64,000 nucleotides of DNA from a virus (Duplodnaviria; Heunggongvirae; Uroviricota; Caudoviricetes). The notes beneath the pieces are model-generated. The model saw nothing but the letters and a program-made list of their open reading frames with translations. It searched no databases and was not told the origin of the DNA. Each line of letters begins with the position of its first letter. The first letter of the stretch is position 1. Location: positions 1-64,000 of the IMG/VR virus record IMGVR_UViG_3300005095_000172, one strand, 5' to 3'. Of this stretch, positions 36,774 through 46,069 are shown in pieces. Position numbers and translations under genes: made by a program.

Positions 36774-37133
36774 CTATTCATAAAGAACTTCTCTTAGTTG
36801 TTTTCCAAGTCTTGGGGATTTCAGTTTAGCCAAAGCCTTCTTTTCAATTACCTCAGCTTGTCTCTTCGTAGTTCCGATAACTTTTGCCACATCATCTGGG
36901 TAGAACTTTCCACTTACTCTTTTTATATTTAAAGTTTTTCTCGACTTTTCTTCTAAGTCCATTCTATCTTGGATAATTTTGATTCTTAGAACTAATTTCA
37001 ACTCTTTTATTTTCATTAGTTTTAGTTCATCTGGTAAGTCAGATTTTTCGACCTTTTCTATTTCTTTCTTTATGTCTTCAGTTGACATATTAATTTGTTC
37101 TTTAGTTAGGTATTCATCACCCTTTCTTCTCAT
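36774..37133 (-). CDS. sigma-70 region-4-like HTH protein (putative phage transcription factor)
   Basis: 'DVAKVIGTTKRQAEVIEKKALAKLKSP' versus sigma region 4.2 '[27 protein letters not shown]'. Confidence 0.5.
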   Translation of the reverse strand: MRRKGDEYLTKEQINMSTEDIKKEIEKVEKSDLPDELKLMKIKELKLVLRIKIIQDRMDLEEKSRKTLNIKRVSGKFYPDDVAKVIGTTKRQAEVIEKKALAKLKSPRLGKQLREVLYE

Positions 37134-37226
37134 TTCATTTCCTATAGAATTAATTTAGTTTGTTTCTTCAATCTATATGGATTAGACGATGACCTATAAT
37201 ATAGGTAACATTAGCTATTCAATAGG

Positions 37227-37493
37227 TTATCTAGGTACTGGGCCAGAAGTAATTTCGAGTAGATTATTCACCATTTCAATGTATTTAACATCTTTTGTTT
37301 GATTGAACATTTCTCCAATTAGAGAAATAAGTTCATTGATTCTTGGTGGGTAGAGAGATTTACCGATAAGTTGGAAAGTGACATTTTCGAACTCTAGTTC
37401 TTGTGCCTTCTCTTTATCGATTGGAAATAGAAGCATCTCCGTCGGGGTGTTTTGGTATAAGTTTTTATATAAGTTTAGTACAACGTCCATCAT
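37227..37493 (-). CDS. hypothetical protein
   Basis: ORF track; promoter element upstream. Confidence 0.4.
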   Translation of the reverse strand: MMDVVLNLYKNLYQNTPTEMLLFPIDKEKAQELEFENVTFQLIGKSLYPPRINELISLIGEMFNQTKDVKYIEMVNNLLEITSGPVPR

Positions 37494-37496
37494 TTA

Positions 37497-37542
37497 ACCT
37501 TTATTTTTTAAGATAAGTAATTATAGCTAAAGTAATCTTAAA
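37497..37542 (-). promoter_or_regulatory. degenerate promoter element copy
   Basis: Partial consensus. Confidence 0.35.
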
Positions 37543-37565
37543 GTAAGGTTAAATGATGAATTATA

Positions 37566-38024
37566 TTAATAATATGTTAATTTATCTGTTTCTGTATCGT
37601 AGACGAAAAAAGTCAAACCACAAGTGTAGTATTCCCTTCCACCAGGAGTGGTTTCTTTATGGGAATTTAAAAATTCTGTCACTTCTTCATCTATAAGAAT
37701 ATCTGAAGTGTCTATTTTTATTTCATCGTAAGACAATCTTTTCTTAACTATTGGCTCTGGTTCAGGTTCTTCGTGTTCACCGTTATCACCGTCCTTTGTC
37801 CTTTCGTGAGGTTCTATGACATCTTCATGAGCGTTGATACCCCAGTGTATCAACGCATACATATCTGGGATCATCTTATTGAATTGTTCAGCTAGTATTT
37901 CTTGGTTAGTTTCAAATTCAAAACTTGTATCGTATGAATTTTCCATCCCCATCCTTAGCATTTGCATAAAGAAATACGCAGACTGGAAATATTCATTGTT
38001 TTGTATTTTTAACCCTATTAACAC
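37566..38024 (-). CDS. hypothetical protein
   Basis: ORF track. Confidence 0.4.
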   Translation of the reverse strand: MLIGLKIQNNEYFQSAYFFMQMLRMGMENSYDTSFEFETNQEILAEQFNKMIPDMYALIHWGINAHEDVIEPHERTKDGDNGEHEEPEPEPIVKKRLSYDEIKIDTSDILIDEEVTEFLNSHKETTPGGREYYTCGLTFFVYDTETDKLTYY

Positions 38025-38034
38025 AAGAATCTCC

Positions 38035-38334
38035 TTAGATAGTCATTGCAATGCTATCCATGATATCGTCATTGCTCATTAGTTTTTCCTTAATTTCGTT
38101 TTCTAGTTCAAGGTCTTCTTTCGGAGTTTTCATTTCTCTTTTAATTTCTTTAATTGCTCCATCGATTTCTTTTACTAATACGCCATTATCTTTTGCTTCT
38201 GCTTTAATTTGTTTGATGTCATCTTGAATTGCTTTCATTTCAATTTGGCAACCAATGATTGCCTTCGCATAATCAAAAACATCCATAGTTTCTTCTGCTT
38301 TATCAATTTGTTCTACTTCTTCAAAAATGTCCAT
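38035..38334 (-). CDS. coiled-coil protein
   Basis: ORF track. Confidence 0.4.
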   Translation of the reverse strand: MDIFEEVEQIDKAEETMDVFDYAKAIIGCQIEMKAIQDDIKQIKAEAKDNGVLVKEIDGAIKEIKREMKTPKEDLELENEIKEKLMSNDDIMDSIAMTI

Positions 38335-38344
38335 TATGTTCTCC

Positions 38345-38812
38345 TTAAATTTCAGTTATTTGGGTGAATAACTCACCAATCTCTAATCTATCATCATCAA
38401 AATCATCTTCATTTTCATAATTCCAGAAAATGAATTTACTAATTTCCACTGGTTCGTTTTCTTTATAGGAAGTGACTGAAAAGTTTAAATTAAAAATGAT
38501 TTTTAGTTCATCGTCTTTAATACTTAATGAAGTCACTGCTTCTCTATTTACTAAGTTTGTATTTTCTTCGTGTTCAGAAATGAAGAAATTCAGTCTAAAG
38601 TACGGAATGGATTTTATTTCTTTAAACGCAGATAAAGCGTCTTCTTCAGTCTCATAAGAAAAATAATGATAATCTGGTGTCCACCTACCGAATAAGTGAA
38701 TATTGTTCATGAAATTGAAAACAATCCTTTTCCTCATTAAATCCAAAGAAATGACTGAAATATTATTAAGGAAAATGAACTTATCAGATTCCTTTTGTTT
38801 AATAGTTTTCAT
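38345..38812 (-). CDS. hypothetical protein
   Basis: ORF track. Confidence 0.4.
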   Translation of the reverse strand: MKTIKQKESDKFIFLNNISVISLDLMRKRIVFNFMNNIHLFGRWTPDYHYFSYETEEDALSAFKEIKSIPYFRLNFFISEHEENTNLVNREAVTSLSIKDDELKIIFNLNFSVTSYKENEPVEISKFIFWNYENEDDFDDDRLEIGELFTQITEI

Positions 38813-38821
38813 TCTCTTTCC

Positions 38822-39043
38822 TTAGAAGAACTTAACCACAATGAATAGTGCCCATAGTAAAGAAAACACAGTGATGGTGTTTAGTAGAGATTCTTTGCTT
38901 GGTTTGTAAACCAAAGCAGAAATGAATGAAGCAGTAGAGTGGATAAGGGTAGTAAAATACAAAAATAGCACTAACCAAATTCCACTTTCTTTTAAGATTT
39001 CCACAAGATTCAATCCCTGAAACCAATTTGTTATAAATTCCAT
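38822..39043 (-). CDS. small membrane protein
   Basis: Two TM helices. Confidence 0.35.
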   Translation of the reverse strand: MEFITNWFQGLNLVEILKESGIWLVLFLYFTTLIHSTASFISALVYKPSKESLLNTITVFSLLWALFIVVKFF

Positions 39044-39118
39044 TTTAATTCCTTTATATTTGTTATATCTTATAATTAGTAGTTTAAAGAAACCTTAAGG
39101 GATTAGTTCCCCTTAAGA

Positions 39119-40582
39119 TTAAGCATATTCTCTTACGAGCCTATCCCAGTCATTCATTCCTGCCTTTTTAATGGCAATCGCAGCGACTACTGCTCTCATA
39201 GTAAGTTGTTGCTCTCCAGAAGCAAGTTGCTCTAGAATTTCAACTTTATCGTCTAAACTGATATCAGGTTCAATGTATGGTAAAATCGATCTAATTCTAT
39301 TTACGATATCTTCTCTTTTTAGCTGAAGGTCCATGAAGAACGATCTAGACTTAATAGCACTTAGGTTAGGGTCTTTGTCGAACTTAGAACCAGGAAGATT
39401 TGAGATAAAAATAATTCTTGATGTGAAGTCAAATTTACTTGGAAGTTTAATCTTAGTCCCTACATCTTCAGGTTTATTTATCAATGCATCTTCAAGGTCT
39501 GCTAAGTATTTGATTCTTTCTTCGTCACCCATAAGCTCTAAGTTCACTGTTGTTCTACTTGGCCAAGAAACTTGTCTAACTTTATATGTATCAATCGCTG
39601 ATTTTAAAATGTTCACTGCGTCTTTATCAGAGAATGCTGAGTCAGAGTCATCATAAACAATCACCATATCGTCTCTATTAGCAAATAAGTCCATATACAA
39701 CCCAAATGGAGAAAGTTTAGCACCCTTTCTATGTCTCCACCTTGCATTTGGACCTTCTGGTGAACCAAGAACTTCTTTCATAGTCTTTTCAACATGAAAG
39801 GGGTTTCCTATCCCTGCTTGTCCAACTACTAAAAGCCCATTTGCGCCACCAGTCGCAACGATTTTCGTAAGTTTTTCGATATCGTCGAATACTACTTCTG
39901 GGTCAGAATATTTTACTTCTGAAAGTTTCTTTTCAGCTTTAGTGAAAATTTCTTCTGTAGAGTTTTTCTCAGTTTGGTTCTTTGTAACTTTGAAACCTCT
40001 GTATTCATCTTCATTCCAAACTCCAGCTTCTTTCATTTTACTGACATATTTAGAGTATGAGTCTACTTCTGGGTCATAATCAACGCCTTTAGAAGTTCCG
40101 AATGCAATCATTTTCTTAGGAGGTCTATTGGAAGCACTAATACTTTCATCTATAGACTCATTGATTCCACCACTAAGAATAACTTCTTTAAGTTCTCCAA
40201 CAACATCAACAATATTCAACCAATCTTCTAGTTTAATAGTTAATGTTGGAGTGTCCCATCTTTTCTTCCCGTCTTTCGGGTCCCAGAAATCAACAATATT
40301 GATTTGATATTTAGATTTCTTTGCTTTTTTCAACCAACCAAACCTAATCATTTGACCGTTTTTGTTGATGTATTTAAACCCTTTCCCTTCTCCTAAACCT
40401 TTCTTTTTGAAAGATTCTTTACCTAACGAACCGCCTAAAAGTTTAAATTCAGCTCCCAGAGCATTTCCCATTACTACTGCAAGTAAATCTGAAACTTTTT
40501 TGAGTTTTGATTCACTGAAAGAAGCTTCATTTAATATTCCTTCATTTAACCCGACTTGTTCGATAATTTTCCTAATTTCCAT
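39119..40582 (-). CDS. P-loop/AAA-like NTPase-fold protein with an atypical Walker A
   Basis: 'LLVVGQAGIGNPF' (GxxxxG but N in place of K), 'MVIVYDDSD' Walker-B-like, 'IIFISNLPG' sensor-1-like. Confidence 0.35.
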   Translation of the reverse strand: MEIRKIIEQVGLNEGILNEASFSESKLKKVSDLLAVVMGNALGAEFKLLGGSLGKESFKKKGLGEGKGFKYINKNGQMIRFGWLKKAKKSKYQINIVDFWDPKDGKKRWDTPTLTIKLEDWLNIVDVVGELKEVILSGGINESIDESISASNRPPKKMIAFGTSKGVDYDPEVDSYSKYVSKMKEAGVWNEDEYRGFKVTKNQTEKNSTEEIFTKAEKKLSEVKYSDPEVVFDDIEKLTKIVATGGANGLLVVGQAGIGNPFHVEKTMKEVLGSPEGPNARWRHRKGAKLSPFGLYMDLFANRDDMVIVYDDSDSAFSDKDAVNILKSAIDTYKVRQVSWPSRTTVNLELMGDEERIKYLADLEDALINKPEDVGTKIKLPSKFDFTSRIIFISNLPGSKFDKDPNLSAIKSRSFFMDLQLKREDIVNRIRSILPYIEPDISLDDKVEILEQLASGEQQLTMRAVVAAIAIKKAGMNDWDRLVREYA

Positions 40583-40818
40583 TAAGATTCTCCTTGAATT
40601 TGCTTATACATCTTGTATTTAATCTTAGGTTGTTCAGAAGGCTTTCCGAAAAGTTTCATATTCAAAATTGTTGCTGCGACCTGCTTTCCACCCATTTTCT
40701 TAACGATTTTTTGAAATTCTTTAATGATTTGAGGATTATTTCTAACGAATACTTCAGCTTCTTCTTTTCCAGTTCTTCCTGGTTTTCCGACAGCTGACTC
40801 TGTAAGTTTCACTTTCAT
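40582..40818 (-). CDS. hypothetical basic protein
   Basis: ORF track. Confidence 0.35.
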   Translation of the reverse strand: MKVKLTESAVGKPGRTGKEEAEVFVRNNPQIIKEFQKIVKKMGGKQVAATILNMKLFGKPSEQPKIKYKMYKQIQGES

Positions 40819-40850
40819 GTCTAACTCCTGTATAGTTTGTACTATTTAAG

Positions 40851-41855
40851 TCATTTCTTCAATTTTAACTTAAGAATTCCTTTTGAACCAGAGTACACGT
40901 TAGAAGCTATGATATACGCAAAACTCTTTCCACAGTTGTTCTTCAGCCATTCGTTAGCGTCCTTTTCTTTAATTTCTCTTGGCCAGATAAAGACTTTGTG
41001 TCCCTTTTCCAGTAATTCAAGTGATTTCTCTCTAGAAGTATTGTCTTTGAATTGATTATCGAAACAAAAAATTACGTCTTTTACTTCAGATATCCTTTCT
41101 TCATTCAAGTCAGCACCAAGTGCAGCACAAATTCTATCTCTTGGAAGACCTGAACTCAACGCATCAAAGACAGATTCGAATAGGAAAACCGATTTATCTC
41201 TATCTATAGAGAACCAATTCCAAACCTTATACCCTGAATTTTCTTCTGGGATATAAGTATAAAATCTCTTATCTTTAATTGCTCTAGCTTGAAATCCATA
41301 AACTTTGTTGTCTTTTTCTTTATACCAAAGGGGAATTACGATAGAATCTCGTATAGGTAAGTATTTCTCATCTATTTTAATGTCTTCCTTTGAATAAAAA
41401 ATCCCTTCTTCATCTATACAACGTCCATTTAGGTACTTCTTTGCTTCTTCTGAACTTTCTGCCTTTATGAATTTTTCTGGGAATTCAAAGGTGCTTACCA
41501 CTTTCTTCTTATAAGAATAATCTATATCTGGAGAAATGAGTTCGTCTTTATTTTGAAATTTGTTTTTGAGAGAGTTGAAACTCGTTTCTCTTTTTTCCTT
41601 TCTGTATTGTTCAAATAGGACAGAATTGACTTCTTTTAGAAATGTGTACATACTTCCAGAGAAACTACAATTGAAACAATGAACGACATCATTTTCATAA
41701 GAAGATTTTCTATAAAGATGAAGACGTTTTTGTCTTTCATCTTTCTGAGAGTCTCCGCAAATTATACATTTTGCAGAGATATCATTTTCACTTTCTTTGC
41801 CAATGTCTGATCCAACAGCAAATTTGAAATATTTTACATTTATTGGATCTAACAC
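40851..41855 (-). CDS. DNA primase (T4 gp61-like: zinc ribbon + TOPRIM)
   Basis: 'CIICGDSQKDERQKRLHLY...VHCFNCSFSG' zinc-binding domain; TOPRIM-like 'VFLFESVFDALS'; lies in a replication gene neighbourhood. Confidence 0.65.
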   Translation of the reverse strand: MLDPINVKYFKFAVGSDIGKESENDISAKCIICGDSQKDERQKRLHLYRKSSYENDVVHCFNCSFSGSMYTFLKEVNSVLFEQYRKEKRETSFNSLKNKFQNKDELISPDIDYSYKKKVVSTFEFPEKFIKAESSEEAKKYLNGRCIDEEGIFYSKEDIKIDEKYLPIRDSIVIPLWYKEKDNKVYGFQARAIKDKRFYTYIPEENSGYKVWNWFSIDRDKSVFLFESVFDALSSGLPRDRICAALGADLNEERISEVKDVIFCFDNQFKDNTSREKSLELLEKGHKVFIWPREIKEKDANEWLKNNCGKSFAYIIASNVYSGSKGILKLKLKK

Positions 41856-41864
41856 AATTGAACC

Positions 41865-42242
41865 TTATTCTGAATTTTCCTCTGGTGCATCGTCGTCATT
41901 AACACCCATTTCTTCTCTTGCCTCTTGAACTACTTTATCAACAGTTTTAGCGAATTCTAGGAATTTTTCAAGTCCAAGTTCATTGAAAATAGCTTCTACA
42001 AGTTCAGAAACCTTTTCATATGTTTTTTCATTTTTTATTGTCAATACAGTAACCAACATCCCGATATCAAAATTCTGAATTTCTAGTAGAAGATTATAGA
42101 CAGCTTGTCTTAGTTCACTTTCTTGTTCTTCATCAACACCTTCGATTTCTAGTGCGTCAACTACTTCTTTCAAATCTTCTAGTTCGTGGTTAAAAATCAA
42201 TTTCATCATTATTCCTTTTAAAAATATGCTTTGAATACCCAA
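41865..42242 (-). CDS. acidic hypothetical protein
   Basis: ORF track. Confidence 0.4.
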   Translation of the reverse strand: MGIQSIFLKGIMMKLIFNHELEDLKEVVDALEIEGVDEEQESELRQAVYNLLLEIQNFDIGMLVTVLTIKNEKTYEKVSELVEAIFNELGLEKFLEFAKTVDKVVQEAREEMGVNDDDAPEENSE

Positions 42243-42445
42243 ATATCCATTCCATTTTCAAATACAGAAGCTTTGCAATTTATTCCAAGTTTTTCACACT
42301 CTTCTCTGAACTTCTGTATCACCTCTTTATCTTCAATCACCTTAATTACAATGAAATAATCACTGCCTTGGGGAGAGTATGGGTTAGAATCAATAACTCC
42401 AGCATTTTTAAGTGCTTTCTTGAAATTAGAAAGTATCATACCCAT
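42218..42445 (-). CDS. hypothetical protein
   Basis: ORF track. Confidence 0.35.
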   Translation of the reverse strand: MGMILSNFKKALKNAGVIDSNPYSPQGSDYFIVIKVIEDKEVIQKFREECEKLGINCKASVFENGMDIWVFKAYF

Positions 42446-43509
42446 TCCTCCAAGCCAGAATTTCTATTTTCCATTTTCTTTGCTTCCACATAAAAGTCAG
42501 TGATGTTCATCATCTGTTGTTGAAGACTATGTTTGGTTAAGAATTCCATTATACAATTTGGGTCGTATTTGAATTCTATTTCATTGTATGTCTTGATAAT
42601 ATCTTCCCTAATATCTTCTGGAATTTCACTAAACAACACCAACTTCATATTTCTATGAAAGTTTTGTAAGTATAACTTATTTTCCTTAAGATTTTCTTTA
42701 AGGTTTACCAAGAATTTCTTAGCAGTAACTTCCCCAAATGGAGTAGCTTTAAAGATATCCTTTTCATCTTGTACTTCACCCTTTTTGTTTACCTTATAGA
42801 TGCCAAACTCATCATAAAGTTTCTTTGAAATACTAAGTTCATTAAATTCTTGCGGGTCTGTAATGTGGATTTCTTTACCTTTCAAATAAGAGATAAATTT
42901 ATCAGTGAACTGAGTACCTCTTTTAATATGTGGAATTCCATCACTTTCGTCACCACAAAGAATATGTACCATTTTCCATTCTTTCAGTTCCTCTGGAGAC
43001 ATTTTAATAAATTGTTTCTTAATAGGATCATAAAGTTCAGCACCGTATTCCAACACTTGCTTAAAGTCTTTATCACTGGAAACTACTATTACTTCAGATA
43101 CGCCAGAGTATTTCTCTGCCAGTACTCCAATAATATCATCTGCCTCAGCTCTTTCAACTCTAATGACTTTATAAGGGAAACAGTTATCGATAACAGAAAT
43201 GAATTCTTCATTCTTTTCAAAGAATTCTTCAAAATTCACTTCACTTTTATCTCTATCTTTTTTCCTATGGCTTTTATATCCAGAAAAGAATTCCTTTCTC
43301 CAGTTATTCTTATTATCGAGTGCTAATACAATATCTCCATAATCTCCGAACTTTGTAGTGATATGTCTAAGAGATTGGAGCATTAGGTGGTAATACATGG
43401 CAATATAGCCCTGAGTGACATATTGCCCATCAACTTTCCTTGGTCTAGCCTGAGAAATCGCAATATACAGATTTCTCATTGATAGGTGGCTTGTATCTAC
43501 AAGAACCAT
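42436..43509 (-). CDS. rnh: RNase H / 5'-3' flap endonuclease (T4 rnh family)
   Basis: 'LALDNKNNWRKEFFSGYKSHRKK' versus T4 'LCIDNAKSGYWRRDFAYYYKKNR'; 'ERAEADDIIGVL...VSSDKDFKQV' versus T4 'DKYEADDHIAVL...ISSDGDFTQL'. Confidence 0.8.
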   Translation of the reverse strand: MVLVDTSHLSMRNLYIAISQARPRKVDGQYVTQGYIAMYYHLMLQSLRHITTKFGDYGDIVLALDNKNNWRKEFFSGYKSHRKKDRDKSEVNFEEFFEKNEEFISVIDNCFPYKVIRVERAEADDIIGVLAEKYSGVSEVIVVSSDKDFKQVLEYGAELYDPIKKQFIKMSPEELKEWKMVHILCGDESDGIPHIKRGTQFTDKFISYLKGKEIHITDPQEFNELSISKKLYDEFGIYKVNKKGEVQDEKDIFKATPFGEVTAKKFLVNLKENLKENKLYLQNFHRNMKLVLFSEIPEDIREDIIKTYNEIEFKYDPNCIMEFLTKHSLQQQMMNITDFYVEAKKMENRNSGLEEWV

Positions 43510-43531
43510 GAATTATCCTTTAGATTGGCGA

Positions 43532-44572
43532 CTAAAGGTCGTCAATCATTTTTAGGATTTCATCATCGTCCGCAGCAGAAGTGGTTGGTTTGGAAACAGT
43601 TTCCTTTGGAGCAGGAGCAGATTCTTTTGACTCTTCCTTAGTAGACTCTACCTGTGCTGGCTCTGCTTCAGACACTTTCCTAGTTTTAGGAGTATATCCA
43701 CCAGTACTTACTGGTGCTGTCTCACTAGAACTTTCTGATGTAGCTTCTTGACCTCTTGGTCTTTTTGAATATGGTTCAGAAATAATTTTAGATCCAATAG
43801 AAATCAAATATGCTTCTTCAGGAGATTTTTCTAGTGTCCAAGCAATTTTCTTCTTAAGTTCTGCGTATGGTTTGTAATAATCTTCTGAAATGAATTCTGT
43901 CAGGTCGTGACATTTTTCAAGAACAGCTTCATCCATCTCTTCATCAGTTTCAAATGCTCTAGAAGTTACTGTTTCGATAGAAGTATCATCATAGTTGATA
44001 AAACCACCTGCTTTTTTCACTTCTAGAATAATATTCGCACCTTCTTCTGGGTCAAAAAGTTGAATTGGTTTCTTACCAATTTTAAGTTGCTGTTCTGTAG
44101 GTTCTAGTGCTGCCTGGAATTTCTCAAACAATTTTACCCCGTATTTCCAATAGAAAATTTTACCATTATTTTCTGGATTAGCTGGGTCGTTTACCACAAG
44201 GATATTTGAAATGAATTTCACCGAACGACTGAATGTACTTTGCATTTTCTTAGCTTCTTCAGTACCAACATCACCCAATTCATAGTAAATTTCTGAAACA
44301 GGACAATCTAGACCAATACTAGCTGGTGATGGCTCAATGTAATATCTGTATTTGTTAGTTTGTTTATTAAAAATTCTCACTGAGTGTTCAAAGATTCTAA
44401 CTACTGGAGGAGTATCACCACCCTTTCCTGGTAGTAATCTAATGATAGCAGTACCATTATCATCTTCGTCTCTTTGCAGTTTCCATTCTCTAGGGTCGTT
44501 GAAGTCTTCTTTTTTACTATCGACGCCTTTTTGTAGTGTTTGTTTTAGGTTATCCCAATTATATTTTCCCAT
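43532..44572 (-). CDS. single-stranded DNA-binding protein (T4 gp32 family)
   Basis: 'REWKLQRDEDDNGTAIIRLLP' versus T4 '[21 protein letters not shown]'; 'VLVVNDPANPENNGKIFYWKYG' versus '[22 protein letters not shown]'; acidic C-terminal tail. Confidence 0.8.
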   Translation of the reverse strand: MGKYNWDNLKQTLQKGVDSKKEDFNDPREWKLQRDEDDNGTAIIRLLPGKGGDTPPVVRIFEHSVRIFNKQTNKYRYYIEPSPASIGLDCPVSEIYYELGDVGTEEAKKMQSTFSRSVKFISNILVVNDPANPENNGKIFYWKYGVKLFEKFQAALEPTEQQLKIGKKPIQLFDPEEGANIILEVKKAGGFINYDDTSIETVTSRAFETDEEMDEAVLEKCHDLTEFISEDYYKPYAELKKKIAWTLEKSPEEAYLISIGSKIISEPYSKRPRGQEATSESSSETAPVSTGGYTPKTRKVSEAEPAQVESTKEESKESAPAPKETVSKPTTSAADDDEILKMIDDL

Positions 44573-44701
44573 TTCGTTTCTCCGTTTTTCCCGTAAATTT
44601 TCGTTTTATTCAGCTTTCCGTTTTTAAGTTTGTTTTCGTTTATTTCGTCTATGCCATCGTGTTTCCTCCATTATTGAGGTGTGGTTCTATTTAATGCTTC
44701 T
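44573..44701 (-). promoter_or_regulatory. gp32 mRNA leader with repeated AAACGAAAA / AAAACGGA units (candidate autogenous translational operator)
   Basis: 129-nt A-rich leader containing 'aaacgaaaa' twice and 'aaaacgga' twice directly 5' of the GGAG RBS. Confidence 0.4.
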
Positions 44702-45403
44702 CTAAAACAGAGAAGCTACACCAACAATGATTTTGATCGGTTCATCATCAACTTCCCACATTGAAACTCCGTTTCCTGTTGAAGGTGATTTTTTAATAGA
44801 CACTGAGTAATTCTTATCAGGTAGTTTAGAAACATTTTGCATATCAATTTCTACATTAATATCTTCATTAACACTCATTGGGAATTCTGTAACACTTTCG
44901 TCAGACATATTCTTGTTTCTATCCAACTTACACACAGTAATGGTACTATCACCATCTACCTTTCCACTAATAAGCATTGTAGTGGCTTTAGTTAGAGAAG
45001 CAATTTTCTTCATTCTTCCTAGTTCTTCTGAAGAAATTTCAAACGCAATGACTTCTGGTGTACCTGAGATTTTATCAAGAGCAGTTACTGGTATGTCATA
45101 CGATTTCATGGTATCTAGGTCTGAAGTCTGGTATCTTTGATGGTATTTCCCAGATTCAATGCTAATCACTGAACCTTCTTGAGAAATTTCAGGGTCTTTA
45201 TAGAAATCAACAAGAGTCAAAAATTCACTCATATTTTCAAGACCAAATTCTTCAAATTGATCTTCCCCATAATCTTCCATATTGATAAATGCGATTACTG
45301 ATTTATTTTTCTGTAGTACTGATGTCCAAGGGTATCTTAGAATAGCAGCATTTCCAACGGTTGTCAAGCTTTTTAAGCCTTTTCTAGTTTCTTCGTTAAG
45401 CAA
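44702..45403 (-). CDS. putative sliding clamp (T4 gp45-like)
   Basis: Similar size (233 aa versus 228 aa). Weak N-terminal and mid-protein resemblance ('EISSEELGRMKKIAS' versus T4 'EIKAEDLQQLLRVSRG'). Confidence 0.4.
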   Translation of the reverse strand: MLNEETRKGLKSLTTVGNAAILRYPWTSVLQKNKSVIAFINMEDYGEDQFEEFGLENMSEFLTLVDFYKDPEISQEGSVISIESGKYHQRYQTSDLDTMKSYDIPVTALDKISGTPEVIAFEISSEELGRMKKIASLTKATTMLISGKVDGDSTITVCKLDRNKNMSDESVTEFPMSVNEDINVEIDMQNVSKLPDKNYSVSIKKSPSTGNGVSMWEVDDEPIKIIVGVASLF

Positions 45404-45457
45404 TTTAATCTCCTTTGTTTGAATTTTACATTATATATCTTAAAACTTAATGTTCAC

Positions 45458-46069
45458 TTAATTATTTTCTAACCCAAGTTCCTTGAGGGAAACCTTAGTT
45501 TTTAAAAGTTCAGAAATACCAATTAAACACTTTCTAATCTCCTTTTCAGTTTTTGGTTCATCCTTTAAAGTTTGAACTACATCTTCCATTGTTATTCCAA
45601 GATTCCTGAAATACTTTACAGTTTCCAATAAAGATTCCCTATATTCTGGTGGGACATTCCTCTCATCTATTGGGAAATACGAAACTTGGACTCTTCTATA
45701 AGTGCTGTTATTGTCCTTTGGGTCTGTCGCTACAAAACTTTCCGCAAACATAGCAAGTCTAGCTAAATCTTGAAGTTCTATATCATACCTTTCAACTAAT
45801 TTCATAATGATAGCAATGTAGTACCCATTATCAGCTAAGAAGTCAAGATTGTCGAAATAGAAACTTGTAAGTGCTGGTTGAAATGAAATTCCTGGTTTCT
45901 TAGGAAAAACATAAGTTTTTGCGAATAGGTATTTTGTTGTATCGAATTTTACCTTAGACCAGAACCCAGCCCCTATTTCATCTTTTAAAACAATTTCCCA
46001 AACGGCTTGCTGACACTTATTCTCAAAAAATATAATAGGTCTTTGCATTTTTCTTCTTTTAGTTTCCAT
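45458..46069 (-). CDS. hypothetical protein
   Basis: ORF track. Confidence 0.4.
   Translation of the reverse strand: METKRRKMQRPIIFFENKCQQAVWEIVLKDEIGAGFWSKVKFDTTKYLFAKTYVFPKKPGISFQPALTSFYFDNLDFLADNGYYIAIIMKLVERYDIELQDLARLAMFAESFVATDPKDNNSTYRRVQVSYFPIDERNVPPEYRESLLETVKYFRNLGITMEDVVQTLKDEPKTEKEIRKCLIGISELLKTKVSLKELGLENN

Noticed and set aside
44702-45403. Assigning the 233-aa protein firmly as the gp45 sliding clamp and expecting adjacent gp44/gp62 clamp-loader genes
   Set aside because: The similarity to T4 gp45 is weak and no clamp-loader genes are nearby. I kept it only as a low-confidence call.
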